64,000 bases of DNA, from contig OZ249436.1 of assembly GCA_965235115.1 (NCBI GenBank), positions 22,384,001 to 22,448,000 of the forward strand. The letters are read 5' to 3'. Within the stretch, counting starts at the first letter, position 1; every line of letters begins with the position of its first letter. Both the position numbers and the translations under genes were made by a program. Of this stretch, positions 36,601 through 46,396 are shown one piece after another. The stretch comes from Laetmonice hystrix (Eukaryota). The notes under the pieces are model-generated. The model searched no databases. It worked only from the letters and a program-made list of their open reading frames with translations, and was not told the DNA's origin.

Positions 36601-39600
36601 TACAGTTACTCTTATGTTAACACCAATGTAGAATGTACATGACTGAATGAAATGAGTTTGAGGGAGTTGGGGGGGGGGGGAGATTCTACTAGGGTAATTG
36701 ATTACCTTTAAGCGCTAGCTCTTACATTTAATAAATTTGATCAAATCCTGCTTTTTTATTAGCACTGTTACAATTTGGAAAAACAGTTTCCTTAACTATA
36801 TTAGATAAAGAATAAAGAAAGGTGGACAAAACACACGAACACGGAACAGTGTACTGTGTGCATCAACATATTACCCTGTAACAGAACCAAAAGAAACCAA
36901 GATACAGTTTCCTAGACATCATAGTGATTCCTTGTCTCAGAGTAACTATTATCAGTACTATTAGCAGAGAACCACTTTCACACCTCTTATTCCTGGCAAA
37001 GTTAAATAAACTCCCAATTTCAATACTTGTAGTAATCATTATAAAGCATTCATATAAAGTCATCTTTACTACCTTTGTTTCCTCCTCATGAGCTTTTCTG
37101 ACTTTCTGCCGCAGCTGAACCTGGCGTTTCTCTTCTGCTCGCTGCATTTTCCTTTCCATTGTGTCCTTCCTCTGTTTCAATAGTTCATCCTTCCAGGACC
37201 GAACTTCTTCCACCTATTGTTTGTGTTAGCACATTCTTACAACCATCAAAATATTTCTCCGTGGTTGCCACCACTCAAAAATCTACCTTCTTGTATCTTA
37301 TATTGTACTCTATACAAGATGTTTCACGGAGGCGGCAGATTGGTAGATTGTGATCTACTGCGGCATAATTTACTTTTTAAAAGTTGTACATAGCAGATAG
37401 TGCTAGGCAAATTGAAGTTGCCTAGCTAGAATCTGCTCAAAATTGTGTTGCAGTCAGCCAAAAAAAAAATACAAAACTTGCAAAATGAAATATATAGCAG
37501 AAGATGAGGGAAGTACCTGTGTTAAAAGGCTGATGTCGGCTTACCTTGCCTGACAGCATCCGCAGTCGCTCAGCTTGGTCAGTCATCAACTTCTCCCTTA
37601 GTTCACGGGCTTTTTGCTGTTTTTCCTCATGACGTTTACGAGATTCTGTGGGGGATCTGTAAATTAAAACAATGGTTTATGACATGCATCTAAACATGCC
37701 AATGGGAAGCAGCCTCGCTGTAATAACACCAGATGCTGTTTATCTCAAGATTTATTTAGGAGACTCAAAAACAGGTAACCTTTTACTTTGGGGTAAGAAA
37801 CTATTTTCACGACAATGATAAACCTAGGCCACAGGCAGAAGCGTATTACAGAATACTGGAATACTTCGGGTCGGGAAAGCTCTACAAACCTTTTTCTTGA
37901 GGGAGAGGAAAGTTTTTCATGCATATGCACAACTCGACCTGGGGTTCGCGACTCAGCCTCCTCCACCATATCCCCCCAGCTCTTGGGAATCTGGTCTTTA
38001 GAGTCTGTCAGGAATAGGAAGGCTTTCAGTAACCACGACACAACGATACATTCTGAGATAATGCCACACTATAAATATGAGGTCAATCTCACAGTCAAGA
38101 ACTGCATTCTCCATGGATAAGGAGGACATGTGCTACTTTCACTTTTCTTGGTCTTACTAATATTAAATTGTCTGTAGCATGTCGTTATCAGGAATTCTTA
38201 GTTATTTTTATCAATTTAGATGCATCCTTTACCTTCATACTGCTTGACTATTGAGTCCCAGTCGGTGGCCTGCTGAGACAATTCACAGCTGCTTTGGGTC
38301 CCCTGAAAAATATTTCCCAATGTGGGTTACTAGAACAAATATCCAACTTTTACCTGTAACTAGTGTTACAAGCATGATTGCAGGTAAGAAGCCAGGTATT
38401 GTATTAATCTCATCAAACAAGTTATAGTTGGTTGATTTGGTCACTGGGAACTGCAACTGGCAATAAATGTCTAAATGCTGCAAACAGAAATGCTGCATCA
38501 CTTTCTATGAGTTGACCAGTAAGTGGACAAGGATACAGAGCAGACTTACACCTAGTTCACCATCTGTTTCTGGTTCTGTGTCCACTATGATCTCTGTGCT
38601 CTTCTCACGCTCGATCTCCTTCAGCCAGTTCTGTTCTTCCTGTGTAGCTTCTTCCAAAGCTTTCTCCTGCTCCTCTGCAAGCTCCTCTTCAATCTTCTGA
38701 ACTGTGTGCAGCTCCTGTCCAAGAAGCAACAGGTAGCCCCGCATGACTTTTGACAATGACATGACTTTCAGTTGAAGCATATGTTTAAATTTGTATCAAT
38801 GATCTCGAAAACATATATACCCAGCCTCATTCTACCTTCTGCATGGAATCAGTTCCAGGGACCCTTTTTTCTGGTAACGTCTGAATCAGAATATCTATTT
38901 ATGACATCAACATTACTTGCCATCTCTTAGGATCATGAATGATGATACTGGAAAATATCTTGTAAAAAATAGGACCAAGGGTCCTGTAGCTTACCACTGC
39001 CAGCAAACGGTATTAGAGCTAAAAGGCACATATTATTTATCTTGAGTTGTCGTGGGGCACAGCACATCCAGCTGGGTACCCCTTGATCTCAGCAGTCTAA
39101 AACATTTAATATTAATAATAGGACCTGACATAGAACTTTATAGACTATGCCATAATTTAGGGGCCGGGAATCTCGTCTCCCTCGCTAGGTGTCTATTGGT
39201 CGATGTGAGAGACTGACTGGTTCCCTGCTGAGCGGAGTAAGGCAGGTTCCCATGACGTCATACACGATTATACCAGATTATAGCAATTTTTTTTGCGTAG
39301 CAACATTCAGCCCCATGCCCCAAAGTGGCACAGCCAGGGCACGTGCCGCATGCCAGTCTGCAGGGTTAGGTACGGGAGGGGGATATGAAGCGGCACCAAA
39401 GATGAGTCCACGTTCAGCTGGTAATCCAAGGAAAGGAGATCTCCGGGCCAGATATTGGGCATTTCTTTTTGAAAACTTAAGGCGAGCCGTTGATGAAATA
39501 TATCAGAAGTGCCCTTTTTCGCCGCAAAAATGGTAAAAAATAAAAATGTTGAAAATCATTTTAAAAAAAGGTCTAGAGAATGCCCTAAGAAATAACTATG

Positions 39601-42600
39601 CCAAATTTCAGAAAAAAAATGTTGAATAGTTATCGAAATGTAGCTGCTAACAGACGGATGACGGACGGACGCTAACCCACGACAATAGCTTATCAGCCCA
39701 AAGGGCTGGTAAGCTAAAAAGTAGATCTATGTGGACATCTACCCTATCTTTGCCTACCTTTTCAAGCTGCTTTGTGAGGTGCTCTTCGACGTCATCTCTC
39801 TCATCATCTGAGCTGAATTCATCATCCATGCCTGACGTATCACGAAGATCGAGATCCCTCAGATGCAGAGAGCCAGCCGTACTGACATCCAAGGTGTTGA
39901 TCATTTCTGCTGCACCGCAACACCTTCTGTCGACTTGATCATTCATTTTGTCATGCTCAATTTTCTTACTTGACTTATCGACATCTAAACCCCAGGCATT
40001 TTTCACATTGCCATTCTGCACCGATTCTTCAACACCCTTGGGCTGACTTATGTTACGCATATTATTCTGTTCCTGCACTGACAAAGGCAGGTTTTCCTTT
40101 TCACTCTCTCTACTGCTAGTCCGGTACCTGAAGTCATCCTTTGCAATGGTATCAGCCGAAGGGACACTGAGATGAGCATCAAAGTAGGCAATATCGGGAG
40201 GGCCACTCTGTGAGCGAGCCAGCATTTCTTTGTGTAAGTTTTCCTTGACAAGTGACCGATACCTGTCACTCCCACTCGTCTGGTGATGGTTGGCAGCGCC
40301 TGTCTGCGGGTTGGTAGCACTGAACGAGGATCGCCCCTTCATCCGGCCACCACGCTGCACAGTCTCCCATCCCTCCATGTCATCTGAGTGTCAATAGCAA
40401 GTCAATATTGAAGCTCATCTTTTAAAATTAACGGTACAACTGTACTAAAAAATTATAAAGCATACATCCATCTAGTATACCATGAACTTTTTCAGTCCCA
40501 GGAACGGATTTAGAACCAATCCTATTTTGTGCTACCCATTTTGGGGTGATGCACTGACAGTCTTTGATCTTGTAGTGTAGGACTCGTCCTATTATGTACG
40601 AATGCCCAAGTTTGTTCCTAATTTGGGTGTTGCACTAAACAAAATCTTCCCATGTAGTCCTGAATGAAAATCATTATTAAATCATGGACTGCTCCAGACC
40701 AGTCCTACCTGCTGTAGGACCATGCTCTAAAGATGTTTTTTTGGTAGATTTAACTCTACAAAGGACTGGCTTCACGTCAAACTTCAAGCACTAAATCTAA
40801 TTTCAACTAATGTTTAGCAACATTAGTCAGTCATTGGTGCTGAAAAATAGATTAGTGTTTCTGATACGAACCTTCCTCAGCAGCAGTTGGGGTTGACACC
40901 TGCAGGAAAGACTCCTGGGGTTTGATATGCTTTGCTTCTGCTCCGACTGACACAACTTGTGGCGGCACAGCTCGAACTGGGGGAGATCCCTTCACCTTGT
41001 CAGCCCAACTGTTGCCAGGACTGAAGAAAAATAGCTAATGAAACATACTGCTTATATATAAGTTCATTTTAAATTAAACGAACCAAGTGAAGTTTGATGT
41101 TAATTCTACCATTGGTACTTCGCGAGATGGGGCATGTAAGATACGGTTTGGCGAGGGCCACAAGGTAGAATCAGAGATACATTTCCACTTTAAAATATAA
41201 TTAGTGGGGAAAAGCCCTGTTACTTACACATTTAGTGGGCCAGCAAAGTTCAGACTGCGAACTACAGACGGACTTGGAGTGATGTGTTCCTTGGCAGTCA
41301 CATTCTGCTGCAAACTTTTACCTGGGGACGACTTGCGTACTTCCCATGCTAACGATGTCGGCCTGTGACAAATGATACATCAGATTCAGATTAATTAGTG
41401 TTTAACAACATGATTCTTTGGAGCAAAACCTGGCAGTTGAATTACCTGGTACTTACTTTTGGCCCTCTTCTGCGTTGTCATAAGCTTCCAGTAACTCTAC
41501 ACGCTCAATGAGGGATTTGAAATCTTTTGTACACTGTTCCAACATCATGATAACTTCCTGCAATGTATCCAAATGAATTTCAACATTCATGTACTGCCAA
41601 CTCCAGCATGGCAAGGAAGACATCACAAAACTAATTACCTATAAAGCACCATTAGTGATCATTGGCAATTACTATTCTTCTCCACTCTATTTCTCTTCTT
41701 AAAAATTCTTAAAATTAAGATAAGACTATCAGTGAAAGACTTTCGATAATAGTGTTTTGCAAATGCTCTTATCAAAACCTTATTCCTTAATGCATCGTTC
41801 CAAAATATAGCTTGCCGACTAGTGATTAAGAGTGGAAGTCACTCTCTAGATGCACTCGACTTTGACAGTATTTGACTGTTTTTTCATTCCTGTTGTGTTT
41901 GTAAAATCCATAAGTTTATGTAATGACAAGAGCTAGACCAGGGCCCATTTTTTTGGTTTACTTTTCCACTGTGAGCAAGGGTAAGCTGAGCTGAGCAAGG
42001 GTGAGCATGAACTCATGCTCACTGTTTTGCATGAACCATTTTCGTTTTTTGTTGTTTTTTCCCGTGGGCTTGCTCACCATGAGGACGCCTCACGTAAAGA
42101 AATAAACCAAAAAACACGAAAACGGTGAGATGAGCTCATGCTCACCCTTGCTCAGCTCAGCTCAGCCTTGCTCACGGTGGAAAAGTAAACAGAAAAAACG
42201 GGCCCAAAACATCACTAGTTCCCATGTTGTACAGAGCACAGAGATCCCCTGTCATAGATAACTACGCCAAGTGTTGTGTGGCTTATCCTACCATGCCGCT
42301 TAGCCTACCGCTCCACCAAATTCCAATTGGAGATGCGCTTTAGTCATTTGACATTACAAATAAGCAGACGTCTTGTGAACAAGATGGGTGAATTTTGACA
42401 AGATGTTATTGTCTACAAGAACTGTTTCATTAATAATGTGGAAGTTGTCTTACCTTACATTCAACAACACTTTCATCTGCTTCACAGGTCTGATATATTT
42501 CATCAACGGCTCGCCTTAAGTTTTCAAAAAGAAATGCCCAATATCTGGCCCGGAGATCTCCTTTCCTTGGATTACCAGCTGAACGTGGACTCATCTTTGG

Positions 42601-43325
42601 TGCCGCTTCATCAAAAGCAACCACATGTTTCTTCCCCGGGGGTGGAGTGACATCCCTGAGAGCTCGTCGACTTGTACTCGAGTTTGATCTTTGGTGACGA
42701 CGTGCAGAACCATGGTGTGGAGACCTAGGTAGTTGCTGTTGTTGATCTTGATGGCGGTCATTCCTTGACTTCCCTATTGAAAATATTTGCCACTTAACTT
42801 CTTAAGTGTTTTCTTAATTGAACTATATGGGAAAAGCAAAATTTTTAAGTTTTCAAGTAAAATGTTTTAAGGCCCATGACATGTGCAGAGTAGCAAGTTG
42901 GCGAGTAGCATATTCTGGAGATAGGCCTACTTACCCAGTCTGACTGGGGCTAATTTATTGACGTTTCCATCACATGGGCTAGTAATTTTTCATCTTGTCT
43001 TTACATAAACTTATGGATTTTACTAGCCCGGCTGGCTAGTTCCTAAACACTTTAATTTTTACCCCTGATGTGTAAGTAATCCAACAATCCAAAATTCAAC
43101 AACATTTTCTACTTTACCAAATAAGAATCAGCATAGTGACTAAGTGAGTGTTTTATTTTCACTGTACTGAAATTGCAGTGACCGGCAGTATCTCTTACTT
43201 TGTGTAGTGTTGGCATCTTCAGCATCAACAGGTACATTCCACTGTATCAGGTTCCTTGCTGACCTTCCTTCCTCCTGAACTATCTTACGTACTTGGTCAT
43301 AGCTTGACTGCCTCTGAAAGTTCGT
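3378..43325 (-). CDS. SCAPER: SCAPER (S-phase cyclin A-associated protein in the ER); 24 coding exons, start exon uncertain and 3' end outside the window
   Basis: Spliced translation resembles vertebrate SCAPER throughout: NFQRQSSYDQVRKIVQEEGRSARNLIQW, LRARYWAFLFENLRRAVDEIYQTCEADESVVECK, HMHEKLSSPSRKR, NEIAFINTLEAQNKRHD, a C2H2 finger (CTVC...HLRGRKH), DSGPWAQNRVSAVDRALGEI. All introns are GT-AG and the phases agree. Confidence 0.97.
3965..4630. repeat. ~94-bp minisatellite, 7 copies with a variable G tract
   Basis: Unit ttcagtttccatgattttcgggcctgtattttatcc...gtgtatgg(g)n. Confidence 0.95.
4641..4787 (-). CDS. SCAPER: SCAPER exon YIVSVGVVDKLAQYFTGVRGSIDDNHQASEFLQHSLALL
   Basis: cag acceptor, gtaaaa donor; resembles human YVVNMGLIDKL...VQGPVDENPKMAIFLQH. 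Confidence 0.92.
5710..5924 (-). CDS. SCAPER: SCAPER exon ILIPDGFAQL...GDAFLNKANDIVS
   Basis: cag acceptor, gtcagt donor; resembles human GDPFNNRVQDLIS. Confidence 0.9.
6092..6215 (-). CDS. SCAPER: SCAPER exon SLSHACNVYRLSCKSCYDSCHYMLCTNKIGSLVDLLVHQLN
   Basis: cag acceptor, gtaagt donor; resembles human SLCNAINVYNLTCNNC...NKITFLMDLLIHQL. Confidence 0.93.
6802..7270. repeat. ~65-bp minisatellite, 7 copies
   Basis: Unit ctccttgccagaccaaacttacatgt(c)n gacaacatggcagcgcccacaaaccatctca. Confidence 0.95.
8999..9368. mobile_element. PIF/Harbinger-like MITE
   Basis: TTA TSD; TIR ggccaaaaaa..aatcccggtttctgg / ccagaaaccgggatt..ttttggcc. Confidence 0.78.
9430..10380 (-). mobile_element. Possible degenerate LTR-retroelement remnant
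   Basis: Broken reading frame with GPFTI resembling an integrase C-terminal GPY/F region; weak. Confidence 0.25.
9615..9823. repeat. 21-bp minisatellite, about 10 copies
   Basis: Unit gtcgcccgacaaacagagtcg. Confidence 0.93.
12200..12312 (-). CDS. SCAPER: SCAPER exon SSADQTAFRLSGGLTTLSRIL...IPPK
   Basis: cag acceptor, gtaagt donor; resembles human ADQIAFQAAGGLTALEHIL...IPPK. Confidence 0.92.
12707..12833 (-). CDS. SCAPER: SCAPER exon LQKVMRDLNKYLAAPDSGPWAQNRVSAVDRALGEIGRIMEKR
   Basis: cag acceptor, gtacgc donor; resembles human DSGSWANNKVSALDRTLGEITRILEK. Confidence 0.93.
12960..13305 (+). repeat. ~87-bp tandem repeat, 3-4 copies, probably SINE-derived
   Basis: Unit ggtctcgtccaccagtaaaactgaccgacttgttatgaccctggtaaaccctcactcacaatcc. 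Confidence 0.85.
15367..15706. mobile_element. Kolobok-like non-autonomous DNA transposon
   Basis: TTAA TSD; TIR aggtgctattcg / cgaatagcacct. Confidence 0.75.
16430..17450. repeat. 1-kb polypurine G/A tract with ~45-bp subrepeats
   Basis: gaggatgtggaggaggtggaggg(g/c)aggagagcggagaggg repeats followed by degenerate GGGGA arrays. Confidence 0.95.
21490..21905 (+). repeat. 20-bp satellite array (caccacatggtaactcaca), left arm
   Basis: About 20 degenerate units. Confidence 0.93.
22260..23870 (-). repeat. Same 20-bp satellite in inverted orientation, about 80 units
   Basis: Unit gagttaccatgtggtgtgt; contains a 362-bp higher-order duplication. Confidence 0.95.
25059..25121 (-). CDS. SCAPER: SCAPER 63-nt exon GLEYENSLVGKQPPESEHRAK
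   Basis: tttcag acceptor, gtgagt donor; fills the gap corresponding to human AKEYESLMETKNSGSDSPYKAK; phases fit. Confidence 0.88.
25140..25520. repeat. ~119-bp tandem repeat, about 3 copies
   Basis: Unit taccctaggtaagacagtctgata...cacactgttaaatcgaaggactttctcg. Confidence 0.9.
26569..26737. mobile_element. Palindromic Harbinger-like MITE
   Basis: CAG TSD; about 78-bp near-perfect inverted arms. Confidence 0.8.
28292..28815. mobile_element. Kolobok-like non-autonomous DNA transposon
   Basis: TTAA TSD; TIR aggaatcatggca / tgccatgattcct. Confidence 0.78.
30113..30390. repeat. ~23-bp AT-rich minisatellite, about 12 copies
   Basis: Unit ataacaatatctctaataactct. Confidence 0.93.
31623..31777. 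mobile_element. Palindromic Harbinger-like MITE
   Basis: CAG TSD; about 70-bp inverted arms with central gattgg/ctaatc. Confidence 0.75.
31786..32255. repeat. 43-bp minisatellite, 11 near-identical copies
   Basis: Unit gacccagtaggtggatatgatgcactaccatttatttatgaag. Confidence 0.96.
32398..32528 (-). CDS. SCAPER: SCAPER exon EAFNLAHISDAPYDKP...KALKKRCKKLRQRMAQR
   Basis: cag acceptor, gtgggt donor; basic stretch. Confidence 0.92.
32904..33005 (-). CDS. SCAPER: SCAPER exon IPSEVYLMSHLRGRKHQLALKE... (second half of the zinc finger)
   Basis: tag acceptor, gtaagt donor; resembles human SEVYLFSHVKGRKHQ. Confidence 0.94.
33163..33321 (-). CDS. SCAPER: SCAPER exon QDESARRH...APRLVPYDRKKLCTVCNIM (first half of the zinc finger)
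   Basis: cag acceptor, gttagt donor; resembles human APKLTPYERKKQCSLCNVL. Confidence 0.94.
33998..34222 (-). CDS. SCAPER: SCAPER exon ERRKALEAER...ELQKKIQQK
   Basis: tag acceptor, gtagaa donor; coiled coil. Confidence 0.93.
34544..34597 (-). CDS. SCAPER: SCAPER exon EERQRKHEEKAAKEAAVE
   Basis: tag acceptor, gtaaca donor; 54 nt in frame. Confidence 0.9.
35283..35384 (-). CDS. SCAPER: SCAPER exon ANEIAFINTLEAQNKRHDIITKHQEFEARLHDIQ
   Basis: cag acceptor, gtaacc donor; very close to the vertebrate motif. Confidence 0.95.
37073..37213 (-). CDS. SCAPER: SCAPER exon VEEVRSWKDELLKQRK...KAHEEETK
   Basis: tag acceptor, gtagta donor; coiled coil. Confidence 0.92.
37545..37656 (-). CDS. SCAPER: SCAPER exon SPTESRKRHEEKQQKARELREKL...
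   Basis: cag acceptor, gtaagc donor; coiled coil. Confidence 0.92.
37890..38004 (-). CDS. SCAPER: SCAPER exon SWGDMVEEAESRTPGRVVHMHEKLSSPSRKR
   Basis: cag acceptor, gtttgt donor; strongly conserved motif. Confidence 0.94.
38233..38302 (-). CDS. SCAPER: SCAPER exon GTQSSCELSQQATDWDSIVKQYE
   Basis: tttcag acceptor, gtaaag donor; resembles human MDWNDVLADYE. Confidence 0.87.
38550..38714 (-). CDS. SCAPER: SCAPER exon ELHTVQKIEEELAEEQEKALEEA...ETDGELG
   Basis: cag acceptor, gtaagt donor; acidic coiled coil. Confidence 0.9.
38969..39716 (-). mobile_element. Helentron-associated non-autonomous element (HINE/DINE-1-like) carrying a captured SCAPER exon fragment
   Basis: Minus strand begins TTTTTAGCTTACCAGCCC-TTT-GGGCTGATAAGCTA, has a (GTCC)n microsatellite, and ends with subTIR TGGTAAGCTA, hairpin AGGACC..GGTCCT and a T run. 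Confidence 0.8.
39758..40383 (-). CDS. SCAPER: SCAPER large exon DMEGWETVQRG...EEHLTKQLEK
   Basis: 626-nt open exon, cag acceptor, gtaggc donor; EGWETVQRG motif. Confidence 0.92.
40872..41020 (-). CDS. SCAPER: SCAPER exon PGNSWADKVKG...
   Basis: ttcag acceptor, gttcgt donor; SWADKVK motif; phases fit neighbouring exons. Confidence 0.88.
41228..41362 (-). CDS. SCAPER: SCAPER exon PTSLAWEVRKSSPGK...VRSLNFAG (RxL cyclin-binding-like motif)
   Basis: cag acceptor, gtaagt donor; resembles human RPTSLAWEVKKMSPG...RRSLNFGG. Confidence 0.93.
41457..41557 (-). CDS. SCAPER: SCAPER exon EVIMMLEQCTKDFKSLIERVELLEAYDNAEEGQ
   Basis: cag acceptor, gtaagt donor; resembles human EVLMMLDNYVRDFKALI. Confidence 0.93.
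41942..42204. mobile_element. Palindromic Harbinger-like MITE
   Basis: ggccc...gggcc termini; about 75-bp inverted arms (gctgagcaagggtgagcatga). Confidence 0.72.
42454..42773 (-). CDS. SCAPER: SCAPER exon ending GDLRARYWAFLFENLRRAVDEIYQTCEADESVVECK (conserved N-terminal domain)
   Basis: tag acceptor, gtaag donor, 320 nt open. Confidence 0.95.
43199..43325 (-). CDS. SCAPER: SCAPER exon TNFQRQSSYDQVRKIVQEEGRSARNLIQWNVPVDAEDANTTQ
   Basis: tttag acceptor, gtaag donor; resembles the human N-terminus SFQRSNSHDKVRRIVAEEGRTARNLIAW. Confidence 0.93.
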
Positions 43326-43479
43326 CTAAAAATAAAAAATGATATGACTTGAACTGAAAAATTAAAATGGCAGACCACTATAATTTAATAAGTTAAATTA
43401 CCAATTGATTTTTCACAGGTTCACAGCTGATGGCTACATCATGCAACCTTCAAACTACTATCGATACAGAACTTTCTTA

Positions 43480-45623
43480 AGCCGGGGCCACACTGCCAGA
43501 TTTTTGCTCGTCTGCCGATTCCGGCGTCGGCTGACGGAATCGGTAGAATCGGTAGTCTCACCGATAAGATCTCATCAGACATTTCGCGTGATCACACTGC
43601 TGGACACGTGTGTTCACAGTCACTGATCATCGGCCACAATGGCACCATTTTGCCGTGTCCTTGACCCTCGAGTTTACATCTAAGGTGATTTTCAGTGTGT
43701 GGCCCCAGATCACAGCACGAGGACCGAGACAGAACGCCGATGTCCGAGTGCTGTGATCTGGGGCCACACACTGAAAATCATGTTAAACCCTGTTCTACCA
43801 TGAGAAAACCATATCTTAGACACTATTTTATTTCATAAATAATACCTAAATAATCAGTCTAATTGTGACGCTCTATTTTGTTAGGGGCCGTCCATCATTT
43901 TCATCATTTTCACGAGCGTACAAACCGTACTAAGGGGGGGAGGGGGTCTAGACCCTGCGTACGCTTTTATGAAAAAAATGATGATGAAATATATAGGCCT
44001 AGGCCTACTATTTGCCGCCAGAGCTCTCGCCCTGCGAGAGCGGCGGGCGTCTTGTATAGGCCTATCTAAATTTGGGGTGCCTGTGTTTATAAGTTCAGCA
44101 TTTATACAGTTCGTTAACCAATTTTTCAGATCTATGAGCAGATATATAGGGCAATGGGTGCCGAGAATTTCAAAGAAATCGGTTCAGGGGAAGGGACAGA
44201 GCTCACCTTTTAATTCATGTCGGGAATTAGCCTATAATAAGACTCTGGTGCATGGGCGGCTCAGGCCTATACCTGAGTTTGGGGTGCCTGTCTTTATAAG
44301 TTCAGCATTTATACAGTTCTCGATATTCTTTAACCAAATTTTCAGATCTAAGGGCGGATATATTGGGGAATTGGTGCTGAAAATTTCAAAGAAATCGGTT
44401 CAGGGGGAGGGACAGGGCGTCCCTTTTAATTCATTAATAGTCGGGAATTATAGACTCTGGCGGGCGGCAGGCGGCTTTTATGAATTCAGAGTGCTTGTGT
44501 TTTGATATTTTTTAACCAAATTTTCGGAATTAAGGGGCGGATATATGGGGGAATTGTCATTGAAAATTTCAAAGAAATCAGTTTGTGGGGAGGGACAGGG
44601 CCCACCTTTTAATTCATGTCGAAAATTATTCCGTCTGGGCCACTAGAGTGACACATTAGGCCTACTACTTCGTTATAACTGGGAAAATCCTCAGTTCGGG
44701 GGAAATTTGCCTTCGTTATAGACGTAATTTGGCTATAGCCGAATTCGTTATATCAGTATTTTATTACATTAAAAATAACAGGGAAAATTTCTGTGTACAT
44801 TATAACCGGACTCTGGACTGTAGTCAAAAAAACTGACAGAGTGCGAATCGACCGATAATCAAATATCGCGCTGCTGGCTAGCTCTGTACAGCTTCTCCGG
44901 CAGACCCAATGACGTAATTACTTTTTTCTGACATTTTTGGACGTTTAAAAATGCAGGAATACATCTTGTGAGGTTGATGTTTTATTTTTGTAATTAAAAA
45001 CATATCCAGGTTTCTAGGTGTGTCTCCATTTCATTTTATGATGGCTCTTCATGGGACGATGACAAGTGGTACGAAACACCACTACCAGGGTACTGTAAAA
45101 GTCATCATCATTTTTTTCACGGATGGTGCATACTCTTTAGGGGGGGGGAGGGGGGTCTGGAAGGAAGTACTCTCTGTACGCTCGTGAAAATGATGAAAAT
45201 GATGGACGGCCCCTTAGTAATTGTGTCATCATCATTTTGATTGTGTCGGCATAATTAAATAGATTCTGGACCAATCACGTCGTTCTTTCTTACAACCTCT
45301 GACTGTGCTGTTGGTCTCAGGACCAACAGTGCAGTTAATCCATCGCATGGCTAGGAGTGGTAGAACACGTGGCCACTGTCAGTACTAAAATTTCGACAGA
45401 TTCCATCGGTACCGGCATCACACTGCCCAACGCCGACAATCGGGGACTTGAATTGGCTGACATTCCTTAACAGTGTCAAGAAATGCCCGATGCCATTTTT
45501 TGTCCCAACACCGACGAAATTGGATCGGAGGTAGGGTCACACTGGTTGACTCCATTGGCCGACATGGAAAACGCCGATCGATGGCAGAATCGGAGAAAAA
45601 AAACGGGCAGTGTGACCCTGGCT
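43480..45623. mobile_element. Harbinger-like non-autonomous element hosting nested insertions
   Basis: TTA TSD; TIR agccggggccacactgcc / ggcagtgtgaccctggct. Confidence 0.72.
43884..45213. mobile_element. Nested Harbinger-like element with a perfect ~39-bp TIR and three internal ~190-210-bp repeats
   Basis: TTA TSD; ggggccgtccatcattttcatcattttcacgagcgtaca and its exact inverse. Confidence 0.85.
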
Positions 45624-46226
45624 TTAGTTTGTTACTCAATTCAATGATCAATTGGGTTCCTAAATGACAACTTCATTTGCACTGCATCTTAGGTTCTATC
45701 CATATGTCAAGCTATTAATTTTCCTTTTCAGAAATGTGTTCTGCAATATGAGGATCATAAACATACACAAATTGACAACCTAGAATCACAAAGAAATTTC
45801 ATGTATGTCTTCATCCATCATTTGGAGTAAGCGGTTATCTTGAAGCGTTTTCTAGATGAATTATCGAAAATGTCCCTGACCTTGATCGACCTCACAAGGC
45901 GACTCAATGAAAAGGGAAATGGTGAAAAATAAAACTTAATATGAGATCCTAAACTTCGTTTTTAGAAATTATATGGATATCTTGAAGTTGAACACTTATA
46001 TTTAACGGGGGTGAGCATCACGTAGTTTGGGCCATGCGCAATGTTTGCACACTGACGATTATGACACTGCGATCGAGATGCGAACATGCGGCTGACTCAC
46101 GAGTGTCATGACGGTGTCGTGCAGGGAGGCGCTCTGCGGGAGGACCGGCCGGCCGGGCGACAGCCTCCGCCGGGTCCCACTCTGGCTCGCAGGGCACGGG
46201 AGGGAGGGAGATGGGGTGACCTTCTG

Positions 46227-46396
46227 GGGTGCGTTTCTATAAAGCCCAAAAGACTCTTTGAGACCCTCGCTGAACCCAAAGAGTCTTTGAGGCGACGTGG
46301 TGTTTCTATAACACTCTATTCTTTAACACTGGTTTCGAAAAGACTCTTTTGAAAGACTCTTTGCACAAAGACATCTTTCCTTACAGAAATGCACCC
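46227..46396. mobile_element. Harbinger-like MITE
   Basis: CTG TSD; TIR gggtgcgtttct / agaaatgcaccc. Confidence 0.65.

Noticed and set aside
39189..39536. Plus-strand ORF containing a SCAPER peptide, suggesting a second SCAPER gene
   Set aside because: Only 123 bp match, with no splice sites; it is a captured fragment inside a transposon
43969..44505. 178-aa ORF inside a TIR element, as a possible transposase
   Set aside because: Derived from internal tandem repeats; no DDE or Myb-like motifs
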